Assembly: GCA_018004645.1 (NCBI GenBank)
Contig: JAGNBV010000003.1
Location: 1-63,943, forward strand
DNA: 63,943 nucleotides
Direction: 5' to 3'
Origin: Bacteroidales bacterium
GTDB lineage: Bacteria > Bacteroidota > Bacteroidia > Bacteroidales > CAIWKO01
Position numbers and translations under genes: made by a program. The notes beneath the pieces are model-generated. The model was not told the origin of the DNA. It worked only from the letters and a program-made list of their open reading frames with translations, and searched no databases. Shown piece by piece: positions 20,341-29,900 of this stretch (positions are counted from its first letter, which is position 1; each line of letters starts with the position of its first letter).

Positions 20341-20345
20341 ATCAA

Positions 20346-21455
20346 TCAATAATAACGAAGTGTAAAACCAGCCTGCATAAATTTGCTGACTTCAGTAACA
20401 AAACTTATGATCAGGTCGTTTGGGAAAAGCTTTTCTTCCCTTAAAATCTTGTCGAGGCAGATGAAAACCATAGGAGGGCCTATATAGCCCATATCGTTCA
20501 TCCGGGTGTAGAGGGACTCTTTTTTTATTCCGAGTTGTCCGCATTCTTCGATAATCATCTCGGCTATATGTTTTGACGGGAAGTTGACCTGGAAGAATCT
20601 TAATGTGCTAAGGTCGATACCGTATTTTTCAATCATGCGTTTCAGGCCTTTGTAAAACACCGAGCCGTCGTCATCATGAAAATGCATGCGCAGTTGTTCG
20701 TTAAACATCTGTGCCAGGTGATGATCGCCGTTTTCGAACTCTTGTTTGGGGTTTTGCCAATAGGCGGGACGATGGTTGAGCATAGCCGCAGGTTTCTTAC
20801 CGCCGACAGATTCCATAAACACATTTTCAACGAATAATCCTTTATGGTCTGTGGCTTTTTGCAGTACCAGCGCTCCTGCGCCATCGCAAAGGAAATACCG
20901 CAGAAACAATTCTTCTTTTTTCAGTAAGGGCTGATTGTAATACTCCGCTATTAATTCTGAGGAGGAAATGCCCGATGAGACCACCAGCGCGTTATCGTAT
21001 CTGCCCGATTGTATGAACTCATAAGCGATCAGCAGGGCTTTGTAGGCGGAGGTGCAGTTAGCATGTATTGATACTTCAGCACAATACTCAATGCCAAGAG
21101 CTTCCTGTATCCTGACGCTGGCCGTAGGCATCTGGTGCTGATGTGCGCTGCCATAAGCGATAAATTGTATGTCTTCAGGTTTCATTCGGGCCATGTCAAG
21201 AGCCTGGCGTGCTGCCTTGACGGCCATGGTTACATTGTCTTCGGTAAACTTGCGGGTTTCGGGATCGATGGCATAATGATAATATCCGATATCAAGCATT
21301 TCTTTCATCACCGGCCTGATACGTGAAAGCCATCTGCTTACAGATGCCGGAGCGTCTGTTATTTCACCCAGGTAACGGTCGGTTTCTTCAAAAGGAACCG
21401 CCTTGCCTGGCAAAAACCTTCCCGTTCCTGTTATTTTAACCCTGTGATCTGACAT
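20346..21455 (-). CDS. KASIII (FabH)-like thiolase-fold condensing enzyme
   Basis: 369 aa. Candidate Cys-His-Asn triad (HANCTSAY; FPSKH; MNDMGYIGPP). FabH/type-III-like size and layout. Confidence 0.75.
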   Translation of the reverse strand: MSDHRVKITGTGRFLPGKAVPFEETDRYLGEITDAPASVSRWLSRIRPVMKEMLDIGYYHYAIDPETRKFTEDNVTMAVKAARQALDMARMKPEDIQFIAYGSAHQHQMPTASVRIQEALGIEYCAEVSIHANCTSAYKALLIAYEFIQSGRYDNALVVSSGISSSELIAEYYNQPLLKKEELFLRYFLCDGAGALVLQKATDHKGLFVENVFMESVGGKKPAAMLNHRPAYWQNPKQEFENGDHHLAQMFNEQLRMHFHDDDGSVFYKGLKRMIEKYGIDLSTLRFFQVNFPSKHIAEMIIEECGQLGIKKESLYTRMNDMGYIGPPMVFICLDKILREEKLFPNDLIISFVTEVSKFMQAGFTLRYY

Positions 21456-22114
21456 TATTTCGATTTTAAAAATTTCCCGACATAATAGTTTCTGAGTTCC
21501 GGGTTATAATTGTCATAAATTTGCCGGGCAAAGTTAACTGCTTTTACGATAATTTCATCTTTCCTGACCACCTTGTCGATAAGCCCCAATTGTTCAGCTT
21601 CTGATACATTCAGGTTGTTTCCTTTAAGCATCAGTTCCATCATAGTTTTTTTTCCTGTAAATTTTGAAAGATAAACAGAACCACCGCATCCGGTCATCAG
21701 GTTGAAGCTTGCTTCGGGAAAACCCAGCATAATATTTTCGGCAGCGATGCGAAAATGGCAGGCCATGGCCAGTTCCATGGCAGAGCCGATACACACACCT
21801 CTGATGGCGGCAATGACAGGTATTTTAGCTGCATGAAACCTTTTAAAGGTGAGGCTGTTTGCCATGTAAAAATCTTTAGCCTGTTGCGGATCCCTTGTGT
21901 CAAACGATAACAAATCCCTGATATCAGCTCCGGAGGAGAAATGCCTTCCTGCACCGCTTATTATGATCGCTTTCACGCGTTCATCATTCAGGATCTTATC
22001 TGTAAGTTCACGGATCTCATAGAAGAAAAGCTTGTTCATGCTGTTAGCCGGAGGGCTGTTCAGTTCAATGAACCCGATATTATCTTCAAAACGCCAGTTT
22101 ATACTTTGGTACAT
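21455..22114 (-). CDS. Enoyl-CoA hydratase/isomerase (crotonase) family protein, short (219 aa)
   Basis: Oxyanion and acid motifs ISGAGRHFSSGADI, CIGSAMELA and GFPEA. The stop overlaps the KASIII start as TAATG. Confidence 0.8.
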   Translation of the reverse strand: MYQSINWRFEDNIGFIELNSPPANSMNKLFFYEIRELTDKILNDERVKAIIISGAGRHFSSGADIRDLLSFDTRDPQQAKDFYMANSLTFKRFHAAKIPVIAAIRGVCIGSAMELAMACHFRIAAENIMLGFPEASFNLMTGCGGSVYLSKFTGKKTMMELMLKGNNLNVSEAEQLGLIDKVVRKDEIIVKAVNFARQIYDNYNPELRNYYVGKFLKSK

Positions 22115-22863
22115 TACAATGATCCGGATTTTCTTCTTGCGGCTTCTTCCTCAGCCAGTTCGCAGAACATAAGTGTTTCTTCATGCAGTGCTTCGTGCAG
22201 CGGGAGCTTATAGGCATTATGGATTGACTGCATAATAGAAGCGATCACCTTTTTAGGTTTTGACTCAAGCATACTATTCAGATATTTCAATGAATATTCC
22301 AAAACATTTTCTTCCGTCAGTTGATGTACTACATTTAATTTTAATGCTTTTTCCGCATCGAAAATTTCTCCTGATAATACATTAGCTATGGCTGCATAAG
22401 TTCCTGACTCTTTTACCATCCGCACGATGCCACCCAAACCGGGCAATAATGCGGAATTTATTTCAGGAAACGCAAAAAGAGCTTTTGCCGAAGCAAACCG
22501 TATATGGCACGACAGGGCAATTTCCAGCCCTCCGCCCCAGCAAACACCATTTATTGCCGCGATGACAGGGATTTTTAATTCTGATATTTGTTCAAGCAAT
22601 TCCGAGCCGGCTGTCATTTCTTGTTTAAGAATATCAGGATATTTTACCAGCTCAAAAAGGTTTTCCAGGTCGGCGCCGGCTGAAAAGTGACGCCCTGTGC
22701 CGGTGATGATTATCCCTTTTATTTCCTGGTCATCAGCGATATTGTACAATAGTTCTTTGCTGATAAAGGAAGGAGATTTCAGATAGTTTTGCGGGGGGCT
22801 GTTTATTTTCAACACTGAAATACAGCCTTTTTTTTCGATAAGGATATTAGCTGATTGGGACAA
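22114..22863 (-). CDS. Enoyl-CoA hydratase/isomerase (crotonase) family protein
   Basis: ITGTGRHFSAGADL, CWGGGLEIA, AFPEI. TTG start 2 nt after the thioesterase stop. Its own stop overlaps the next start as TAATG. Confidence 0.75.
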   Translation of the reverse strand: MSQSANILIEKKGCISVLKINSPPQNYLKSPSFISKELLYNIADDQEIKGIIITGTGRHFSAGADLENLFELVKYPDILKQEMTAGSELLEQISELKIPVIAAINGVCWGGGLEIALSCHIRFASAKALFAFPEINSALLPGLGGIVRMVKESGTYAAIANVLSGEIFDAEKALKLNVVHQLTEENVLEYSLKYLNSMLESKPKKVIASIMQSIHNAYKLPLHEALHEETLMFCELAEEEAARRKSGSL

Positions 22864-22865
22864 TT

Positions 22866-23258
22866 TCAGTTGTTTTTGGCGAGTAATACTTCGTATTCCT
22901 TAGCAAGGCCGCAGGGCACCCTGTCCTGATTCAGCGGGATGGTTTTAACGGTGGTGTGCGAAATCTGAATATTATCATCTTCGTTGAACATATACTGTTT
23001 AAAGACGATGTATGGCCCCGAAAATTCCACCTTGCTTTTGATGAGAATATTGTCGAACAAACGGGCTTCTTTGGAATACCTGATATTGATTTCGGTAACT
23101 ACCACCAGAATTTTTTCGTTCTGTAGTTTTTCGAGGAGGCCGGTTTCTTTCATAAGCTGCCAGCGGGCCTGTTCGTAGTAGTTCAGGTAAACGGCATTGT
23201 TAACATGGTTGTATGAATCCAATTCATAGCCACGTACCGATAATCGATATTCAAACAT
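22866..23258 (-). CDS. 4HBT/YbgC-type hotdog-fold acyl-CoA thioesterase
   Basis: 130 aa. RGYELDSYNHVNNAVYLNYYEQAR is the typical 4HBT N-terminal motif. Confidence 0.7.
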   Translation of the reverse strand: MFEYRLSVRGYELDSYNHVNNAVYLNYYEQARWQLMKETGLLEKLQNEKILVVVTEINIRYSKEARLFDNILIKSKVEFSGPYIVFKQYMFNEDDNIQISHTTVKTIPLNQDRVPCGLAKEYEVLLAKNN

Positions 23259-23296
23259 AATTTAATTTATGAATTCGGTAATGCGATTTTTCCGCA

Positions 23297-23698
23297 TCAG
23301 GATTTGCTGTTTTGTATTAAATTATCAACTTTTGCTTTTTCTATCTGGCTCCATTTTGGGTCGGTAAATTTGGAGCCGGTCCATGCAAAGTCAACCTGAA
23401 AAAAACTTTCATTTAAAAATGTCAGTTTTGATTTAGCATCCGGTGTGTGCACGATAAAAATTACCTTGTCATGGTCAATGGCAAACTCGGAGCATATTTG
23501 TGTTGCCAGGGGTGCGCAGAAATTTGTTACCGAGGTGCCGGGGTTTTCAGCGTAGAGTTCGGTGGCAATGATAATGGTTTGCCCGTTGTTTTCCACAATT
23601 TTAAGTCCGCAGCGTGAGGGGGCATCCCATTGGCCTTTGAAATCGTATACTTCAGTAAAATATTCAGAATTATTTTCGTTGTTGAAATGCTTAATCAT
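23297..23698 (-). CDS. Hypothetical 133-aa protein embedded in the cluster
   Basis: Clean ATG ORF on the same strand, 21 nt after the rSAM stop and 38 nt before the thioesterase start. I recognise no motif. Confidence 0.4.
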   Translation of the reverse strand: MIKHFNNENNSEYFTEVYDFKGQWDAPSRCGLKIVENNGQTIIIATELYAENPGTSVTNFCAPLATQICSEFAIDHDKVIFIVHTPDAKSKLTFLNESFFQVDFAWTGSKFTDPKWSQIEKAKVDNLIQNSKS

Positions 23699-23719
23699 AA
23701 TACCAGGTGAGCTTTTTGA

Positions 23720-24994
23720 TTATCTAATTACTTTTTTCCCAAAACTGCTTCTTGATAATTCTTCGCGTATGGGTTTGTAGGTGCCATTGGCGATTTCTTT
23801 CATGATGACCGAGCGGAAAAGCTTAAACATTTTTTCCGACTGGGTTTCATCTTTGTAAAAAGTATCCCATGCATAATGGTACAATTCCTGGAGTTTTTCA
23901 GGAGTCATCTGTTTAGGCTGAATGACCACTTTACCGGCGTTGTAATTATTCCAGTCCTTATCGATGATGCGGTTTTGCCTGAGCATGTCGTCGTAAGCTT
24001 TGGTGTGTGGGAAGGGCGTAAGTACGGTAAATTCGGCCAGGTCGAGGTTGACTTCGAGCAGGAAGTCGATCAGCCGTTTAATGTCGTCTTCAGTATGGTC
24101 GTCGGTTCCCAGTAGGATAGTGCCTTCTACCGCGATTCCATGGTCGTGGTAACGTTTTATTCTGTTTTTGATATAGTCCGAAGTATCGAATACGGCCTGA
24201 TATACAAACCATGCTCCGGCTTGTGCCGCCATGTCGAGTACTTCATCGTCGTCTTCAATAGGGTGGGAGCACCAGTTTTTCTTGAAGGGGATCATTTCGC
24301 GGAAGAGGTCGAGTTCCCATTGTTTATCCTGTGCCAGTGAGTTGTCCACGATAAACAGCCTGTTGTTATCGATGGTGGCCAGTTCTTCAACCACCTTGTC
24401 GATGGGGCGCGGCCTGAAGCATTTTCCTCCGAGGTAGGCTACAGCGCAAGGGTAGCAGTTGTATTTGCATCCACGCGAAGCATGGAAAAGGTCCACCATA
24501 CGCACTCCTTTGTGGTAGTATTTTTCCGTGTTCAGAATACTTCTGCGGGCAGGGCCGATGGTATTGATATCAGGGTGTACGGTGAGGTAATTATAAACTT
24601 TCTGCAATTTATTGTTGGCAAAATCCTCAAAAACTTTTTCCATACGTCCTTCGGCTTCACCAAGAAATATTGAATCGGCATATTCCAGAGTTTCCTCGGC
24701 ATGCAGCATGGTGGATATCCCGCCAAAAATCACTTTTTTGCCCCGCTTACGGTATTCGGTGGCAATTTCCCATCCGCGTTTTATCTGGCTCGTTAGCATC
24801 ATAGAAATGCCAACAAAGTCAACATCATTGTTAAAAATAACTTCGTCTACATTTTCGTCCGTAAATTCCACATCAACATAATCGGGTAAGGCGGCAGCCA
24901 TAACTACCGGGCCATGTGGTGGCAGATTAAAAGTGGTTTGTCCTTCGAGTTTTTCCCATTTAGGGTAGATAAGTTTGAATTTTATGCGTTGCAT
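23720..24994 (-). CDS. Cobalamin (B12)-binding-domain radical SAM enzyme (class B), short form
   Basis: FVGISMMLTS...VIFGGISTM...IFLGEAE B12-binding-like domain. CKYNCYPC radical SAM motif. Clearly paralogous to 18778..20340. Confidence 0.8.
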   Translation of the reverse strand: MQRIKFKLIYPKWEKLEGQTTFNLPPHGPVVMAAALPDYVDVEFTDENVDEVIFNNDVDFVGISMMLTSQIKRGWEIATEYRKRGKKVIFGGISTMLHAEETLEYADSIFLGEAEGRMEKVFEDFANNKLQKVYNYLTVHPDINTIGPARRSILNTEKYYHKGVRMVDLFHASRGCKYNCYPCAVAYLGGKCFRPRPIDKVVEELATIDNNRLFIVDNSLAQDKQWELDLFREMIPFKKNWCSHPIEDDDEVLDMAAQAGAWFVYQAVFDTSDYIKNRIKRYHDHGIAVEGTILLGTDDHTEDDIKRLIDFLLEVNLDLAEFTVLTPFPHTKAYDDMLRQNRIIDKDWNNYNAGKVVIQPKQMTPEKLQELYHYAWDTFYKDETQSEKMFKLFRSVIMKEIANGTYKPIREELSRSSFGKKVIR

Positions 24995-25073
24995 GGATTA
25001 GAATTTTTCTTAGTTTATTAATAATCTGTTTAAGTATCCAAATGATGTAGTCATCTGCTTGTAAAACGGAGTG

Positions 25074-25081
25074 CAAAGATA
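25074..25081 (-). promoter_or_regulatory. Candidate internal -7 box (TATCTTTG on the minus strand) ahead of the core sub-operon
   Basis: The plus-strand CAAAGATA is the reverse complement of TAnnTTTG. It lies 80 nt upstream of the ATG at 24994, inside the 210-nt gap. Confidence 0.25.
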
Positions 25082-25204
25082 AGTCAATTTGAAATAACTT
25101 TTGTTGCTATGCATATATTGTCATAGATAAAAAATGTTGTTTTGAAGACATTTATTTTTTGAAAGGCTTTATGTTGCCGCTGAGGACACATTCAGCAGAC
25201 ATAC

Positions 25205-26704
25205 TCAGGTGTTATTAATTTTTTCCACCAGATATTTCATTCCAAGCAGTTCGGCACAGGTAGTTACCGAGCCAATAGTAACGCCCAGTACGCCGTGGAG
25301 AATAATGCTCTGGCCGGTAAGAAAGAGGTTGGGTATTTTTGTCCTCGGCATGATGAGAGTCTTCAGAGGTTCGTGGCAATCCTTGGCCACGCCATAAATA
25401 GAGCCGTCCACTGTACCGGTATAATCCCGGAAAGTCAGCGGACTGGAGGTGTAATATTTTTTAATGGTACTGCGGAAACCGGGGAAGCGGATTTCTACGG
25501 TGTCGAGCAGTTGTTCGGCTTTTTGCTGTTTAAAGGCCTGGTAATCATCACCACGGTGTTCAATAGTGGTATGTTCCCATCTTCTGACTTCATCCATTGA
25601 CATGTACGTAAGGATGGTAGCGCAGTCGGCAAAATTTTGCTGTTGTTCGCTTGAAGGCGTGATCAGCAGGTAGTTATTGGGCCAGCCTTTTCCGCGGACA
25701 TCATGCGAATACCATACGTTGTTGTTTTTATAGTAATATACGTTATGGTTCAGGTATTCGAAGGCGTCTTTTTTAAAGACTATATACATGATGAAATTTG
25801 ACGTGGTATTTTCCAGATTTAAGATACGTTCCCTGTAGGCGCTGCGGATTTTTGTCCTGTCAACCATTTCAATGGTTTTTGCGGGGTGTATGCTGGAAAT
25901 AATATTGGTGGCAAAAAACGATTCGCCATTGGTGAGTTTTACGCCGGTGAGTTTTTTGTTGTCAAAAATAAATTCCTCTACCTTGGATTTTTTAAAAATA
26001 GTGCCGCCATTTTCAATTATGGATTCTGCAAGGATAGTAGCTATATGTGAGCTGCCTTTCACCACCCGCCACGAGCTTTCGATAAAAGAATTATTGACCA
26101 GGGCGTGGACATACAGCGGGGTTTTTTCGGGTATGCCTGCATACAACGGGTTGCTCCCGGCGAGCACATTTTGTAATTTGCGGTTATGTGTAACCGATCT
26201 GATATAATCGAAAGCATTTTCCGAAAACAACTGAAGCTCTGACACCTGAAATTCGTTTTCTCTTATGCTGTACAGCGGAAAATGATTGCAAATATCTTTC
26301 AGCTTGCCGACATATTTTTCCAGTTCCTTTCTTTCGGACGGAAAATGGTGGCAGAGGCCATCCACAAAATGCTCATGCCCCATGGCAAACTTGTATTCCA
26401 CGGGATCTCCGGCAAAATTGATGGTGTCGAAACCATTTGCATCCATGCGTTTCAGGTCCAGTTTGTCCATCAACCCGAAGTACTTAAAATAACGGTTCAG
26501 CACCTGGCCTTCGTCCAGGCCTCCGATGAAATGAACGCCGGTATCGAACACGCAATTATCGCGGGTAAAATTCTGCAAACAGCCGCCAATCTGGCTATGT
26601 TGCTCAAGTATGCAGACTTTCATTCCCTCCCTGCTCAGGATATAGCCGCATTGTAAACCGCCAAGGCCGCTGCCGATAATGATGACATCAAATTTATTAT
26701 CCAT
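25205..26704 (-). CDS. NAD(P)/FAD-dependent oxidoreductase of the phytoene-desaturase (CrtI-like) family
   Basis: N-terminal dinucleotide fold DVIIIGSGLGGLQCGYILSREGMKVCILEQHSQIGG. About 500 aa. C-terminal FLTGQS typical of this family. Confidence 0.75.
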   Translation of the reverse strand: MDNKFDVIIIGSGLGGLQCGYILSREGMKVCILEQHSQIGGCLQNFTRDNCVFDTGVHFIGGLDEGQVLNRYFKYFGLMDKLDLKRMDANGFDTINFAGDPVEYKFAMGHEHFVDGLCHHFPSERKELEKYVGKLKDICNHFPLYSIRENEFQVSELQLFSENAFDYIRSVTHNRKLQNVLAGSNPLYAGIPEKTPLYVHALVNNSFIESSWRVVKGSSHIATILAESIIENGGTIFKKSKVEEFIFDNKKLTGVKLTNGESFFATNIISSIHPAKTIEMVDRTKIRSAYRERILNLENTTSNFIMYIVFKKDAFEYLNHNVYYYKNNNVWYSHDVRGKGWPNNYLLITPSSEQQQNFADCATILTYMSMDEVRRWEHTTIEHRGDDYQAFKQQKAEQLLDTVEIRFPGFRSTIKKYYTSSPLTFRDYTGTVDGSIYGVAKDCHEPLKTLIMPRTKIPNLFLTGQSIILHGVLGVTIGSVTTCAELLGMKYLVEKINNT

Positions 26705-26810
26705 AAACGCCTGGTTCCTTTGTGTAGAATATTCTAAAAGGTTGAAACTGATGAGTCGTTAATACATGCACGAATGTGAACGATAATGACACAACATTAA
26801 AATCCGGATG

Positions 26811-26818
26811 CAAAGATA
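26811..26818 (-). promoter_or_regulatory. Candidate internal -7 box (TATCTTTG on the minus strand) ahead of the oxidoreductase gene
   Basis: The plus-strand CAAAGATA lies 107 nt upstream of the ATG at 26704, in the 199-nt gap. Confidence 0.2.
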
Positions 26819-26903
26819 CTATCGTTTCATCACAATAAAAATGAATTTGTTTCGTGTAGATGACGATAATAGCGGGCAAAGGAGTTTTTATCTTTTCGTG
26901 GGG

Positions 26904-29900
26904 TTATTTTTTTATTAAATACAGGGTGTTGGAGGTTATCCTTGGATTTTTTATTATCTGAACATTTACATTCAGTGATGCTGCAATATCCGCCAGTCTT
27001 GCTGCCGAAAAGAAATGAAGTTTGTCGTTTGCGGTTTTGTTAAACCCAAAATTTGTAGACATAAACTCTGTCCATCGTGTTTTTCTATGTTGCCGTTCAC
27101 TGTCTTTATTCGCATCCCTGATCAAAATTATTCCCCCCGCATTCAGCCTGTCAACGCATTGGTGCAGTATGCCGAACTGATTTTCGGGAGTCAGGTAATG
27201 CAGTACATCGCTCAGAATAAAAACATCGCTATTCCCAAATTCATAGCTGGTGATATCTTCGTGAGAAAACATAACATTAGGCGGTTTTGACAGGCAGTGT
27301 GAGGCTACATCAATTTTATCCCTGTCGTAATCTATGGCCACAATTTTCCTTTTGGGCGATACCCAGGCCAGCATCATAGATAAATAGCCATAGCCGCAGC
27401 CAATGTCTATTATACGGGCATCGCGCGGAATGATGTCGTTGTATTGGCTATAATTATTCTCCAATTTTGATTTTATCCGCGTGTACCATTCCAAAACCGG
27501 GCCTTTGTAAATAAAGTTTTTTATTAAAATATCGCGGTATAGTCTGGTGTCACTGTAATAGTCGTTTAAGAGCTTTTGGTGCTCCTGTCTGAAATGATGC
27601 TGAATATTTTTTGTCCGTTCGGTGTAATTGGCCCCCATGGCAGTATCGCCGGGTTTTATTCGGTCGAGAAACTTAACGGTTATCAGGCTTTTTTTGCCAA
27701 GTAAGTCATCTTTGGCAATATAGTTGCCCGTGCCGTGGCTCACAATGGGCAGGATATCCATGTGAAGCTGTTCTGCTAAATAAAAGGCGCCTTTATGAAA
27801 ACGCCCGATATGCCCGTCGGTAGAGCGGGTTCCTTCAGGAAAAATTATGACGGAATATCCTGCTTCGGCTACCGGTTTTATTTTTTGGGCTATAACGTCA
27901 TACCCCAGTGATGCAGGTAAGAAACCTCCCAGTTTCACAATGATGCCTATCAGTTTAGAATTGTAAAACGCATCGTTGGTAATCATGATGACTTTGGGCG
28001 AAAACATCAGGAATAACGGAATGTCAATGATCGACTGGTGGTTGGCGATGATAACCGCCGGCTCTTTCAGCGTGCCGGGAGTAAAGTTGATGATTTTCTT
28101 TTTGGTGAAATACATGAGATACATGGTTGACCGGCAAACCCCGTACAGGGTCTGATGATACAACAACTGTCTTTTCTTTTTTGAAACGGGCAGTACTTTA
28201 TAGATGGTAAGTCCCAGCAGGGCTGTGATGATGCATCCAAGCAGAAAGTAAGTGTAACACACCACGGCATAACTAATACCGTAAGCGGTAAGAGGAAATT
28301 TCCGGAACTTGTTTTTTTTGTAAACCAATACGCGGAATAAGGCAGGAGCAATGGTGTACGAGCAGAAAACCACGGAAAACATCCCGATAATTGTGAGCAG
28401 TGCGATAGAACGCAGGGCAGGATGTTTGGCGAATATCAATACGCCTATGCCAACAAACATGGTAAATGCCGACAGTAATACTGCTGTTTTGTAGGAGTCA
28501 AGCAGGTCGATTCCTTTTTTATACTTTTGAAGCAGGCCGTCCATGATAAATATACTGAAATCATCGCCCAGGCCGAAGATAAAAGCTGAAATGATGATAC
28601 TGAAAATATTAAATTTTATATGGAACAGGCTCATGAAGCCCAAAATCCACACCCAGCTGATCAGCATGGGGATAAATGCCGTGATGGCGAGTTCTATACG
28701 GCCATAAGAGATTAACAGGAACAAAAAAACCAGCAGAGATGAAATGAGAAGTATCGTATTAAAATCTTTTTTGATGATTTCAATAAACTGAGTCAGGATA
28801 TTTGAGGGTTCCACCACCAGGGTATTCGTAGTTTCAGGGATGGCGGCCAGCACCTGATCATACCTTTGGTTTTTTATTTTCAACGGGCTAAATACGTAGT
28901 TGTTCTTTTCATCATGATGGATATAGGGTTGGGCAAAATGTTCTTTGAGCCATCCAAAGTCTCCTGGACTAATGCATGAATAATTCTTATCGAGAAGTGA
29001 ATAAAAATCATGGAAAGCATCCTCGCTAAAGTCGTATTGGCGGGCGCTTTCGGCAAGATGGTTTTTTGTGTTTTGCCTGCGTTTATTATTCCAGAATTCC
29101 TTCCACAGACCTGCCTTAACTTGCTGCATCGAATCGGAGGGCAGGAGGGGGGAAACGCTCTGGATTTGACAAAACGCTTTGGATAGCTTCAAATCCATAA
29201 TTTTTCTGCAGGCATTTTCGTTGTGTTGCAACGCGGCGTTCAGGTTATCTCCTTTGCTGATCAGGAAAACCTGGCGTGAAGCATCTCCCGAAATATGCTG
29301 AAGAGTAGTTTCGGCCTGTCTCAGTTTTTCCGGGGTGTAGCCGAGTGTATTCATGTCGGTTTCAAAGCCGGGTTTCCCGGCCATAAAAAACAAAAACACC
29401 GTGATGACAGCCAGAGCCACTATCAGATAAGGATTCCGTTCGGGGTGGTAAGCCGATATCCTGTCGATGATATTCGTCTTTGAAGGGCCGCCTGTTTCCT
29501 CATTCTTGTGTTTTATTATGAAAGGCAAAAATATCAAGGTACACAGTACCGACCCCAGCAGGCACATCGCAGCGGCCAGGCCGAAATCGTTGAGAACTTC
29601 CGACCTGACAAACAAGAGCCCCAAAAACGCGCCTATAGTGGTTACGCTGCCAAGTGTCAGCGGCAAAGATAAGTCTTTGATGACCTGTCGGACCGAACCT
29701 GTATGACGGTAATGCGAAAAAAAATGTATGGAATAAGTCAGCGCCACGCCAAGGATTATTGATCCGGCTCCCAGAGCGATGAGCGAGATGTCATCGTTAA
29801 GCAGCGACAGGATGGCCATGGAAAACAGACCGCCAAAAACCACCGGTATCAAAACCAGGATGAAAGTGGTTTTTTTGCGAAAGAACACACTGAAAAAAAT

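Noticed and set aside
20346-22863. Interpretation as a polyketide beta-branching cassette (HMG-CoA-synthase-like enzyme plus ECH1/ECH2)
   Set aside because: The condensing enzyme has a FabH-like size and layout rather than an HMGS one. Both crotonases retain both acidic residues, so there is no obvious decarboxylase-type ECH2. No donor or acceptor ACP is present. I keep this only as a remote alternative.
24995-25204. Cobalamin or SAM riboswitch in the leaders of the B12/SAM-dependent genes (also checked 26705-26903 and 34063-34221)
   Set aside because: I could not find a B12-box-like element or SAM-I/II core by eye on the coding strand. This is not excluded, and cmscan would be decisive.
26697-26879. 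60-aa ORF in the gap upstream of the oxidoreductase, considered as a missing ACP or small cluster protein
   Set aside because: It has a TTG start, no DSL-type phosphopantetheine attachment motif and a low-complexity hydrophobic composition. It overlaps the oxidoreductase start by 8 nt and contains the candidate promoter box. It is probably non-coding.
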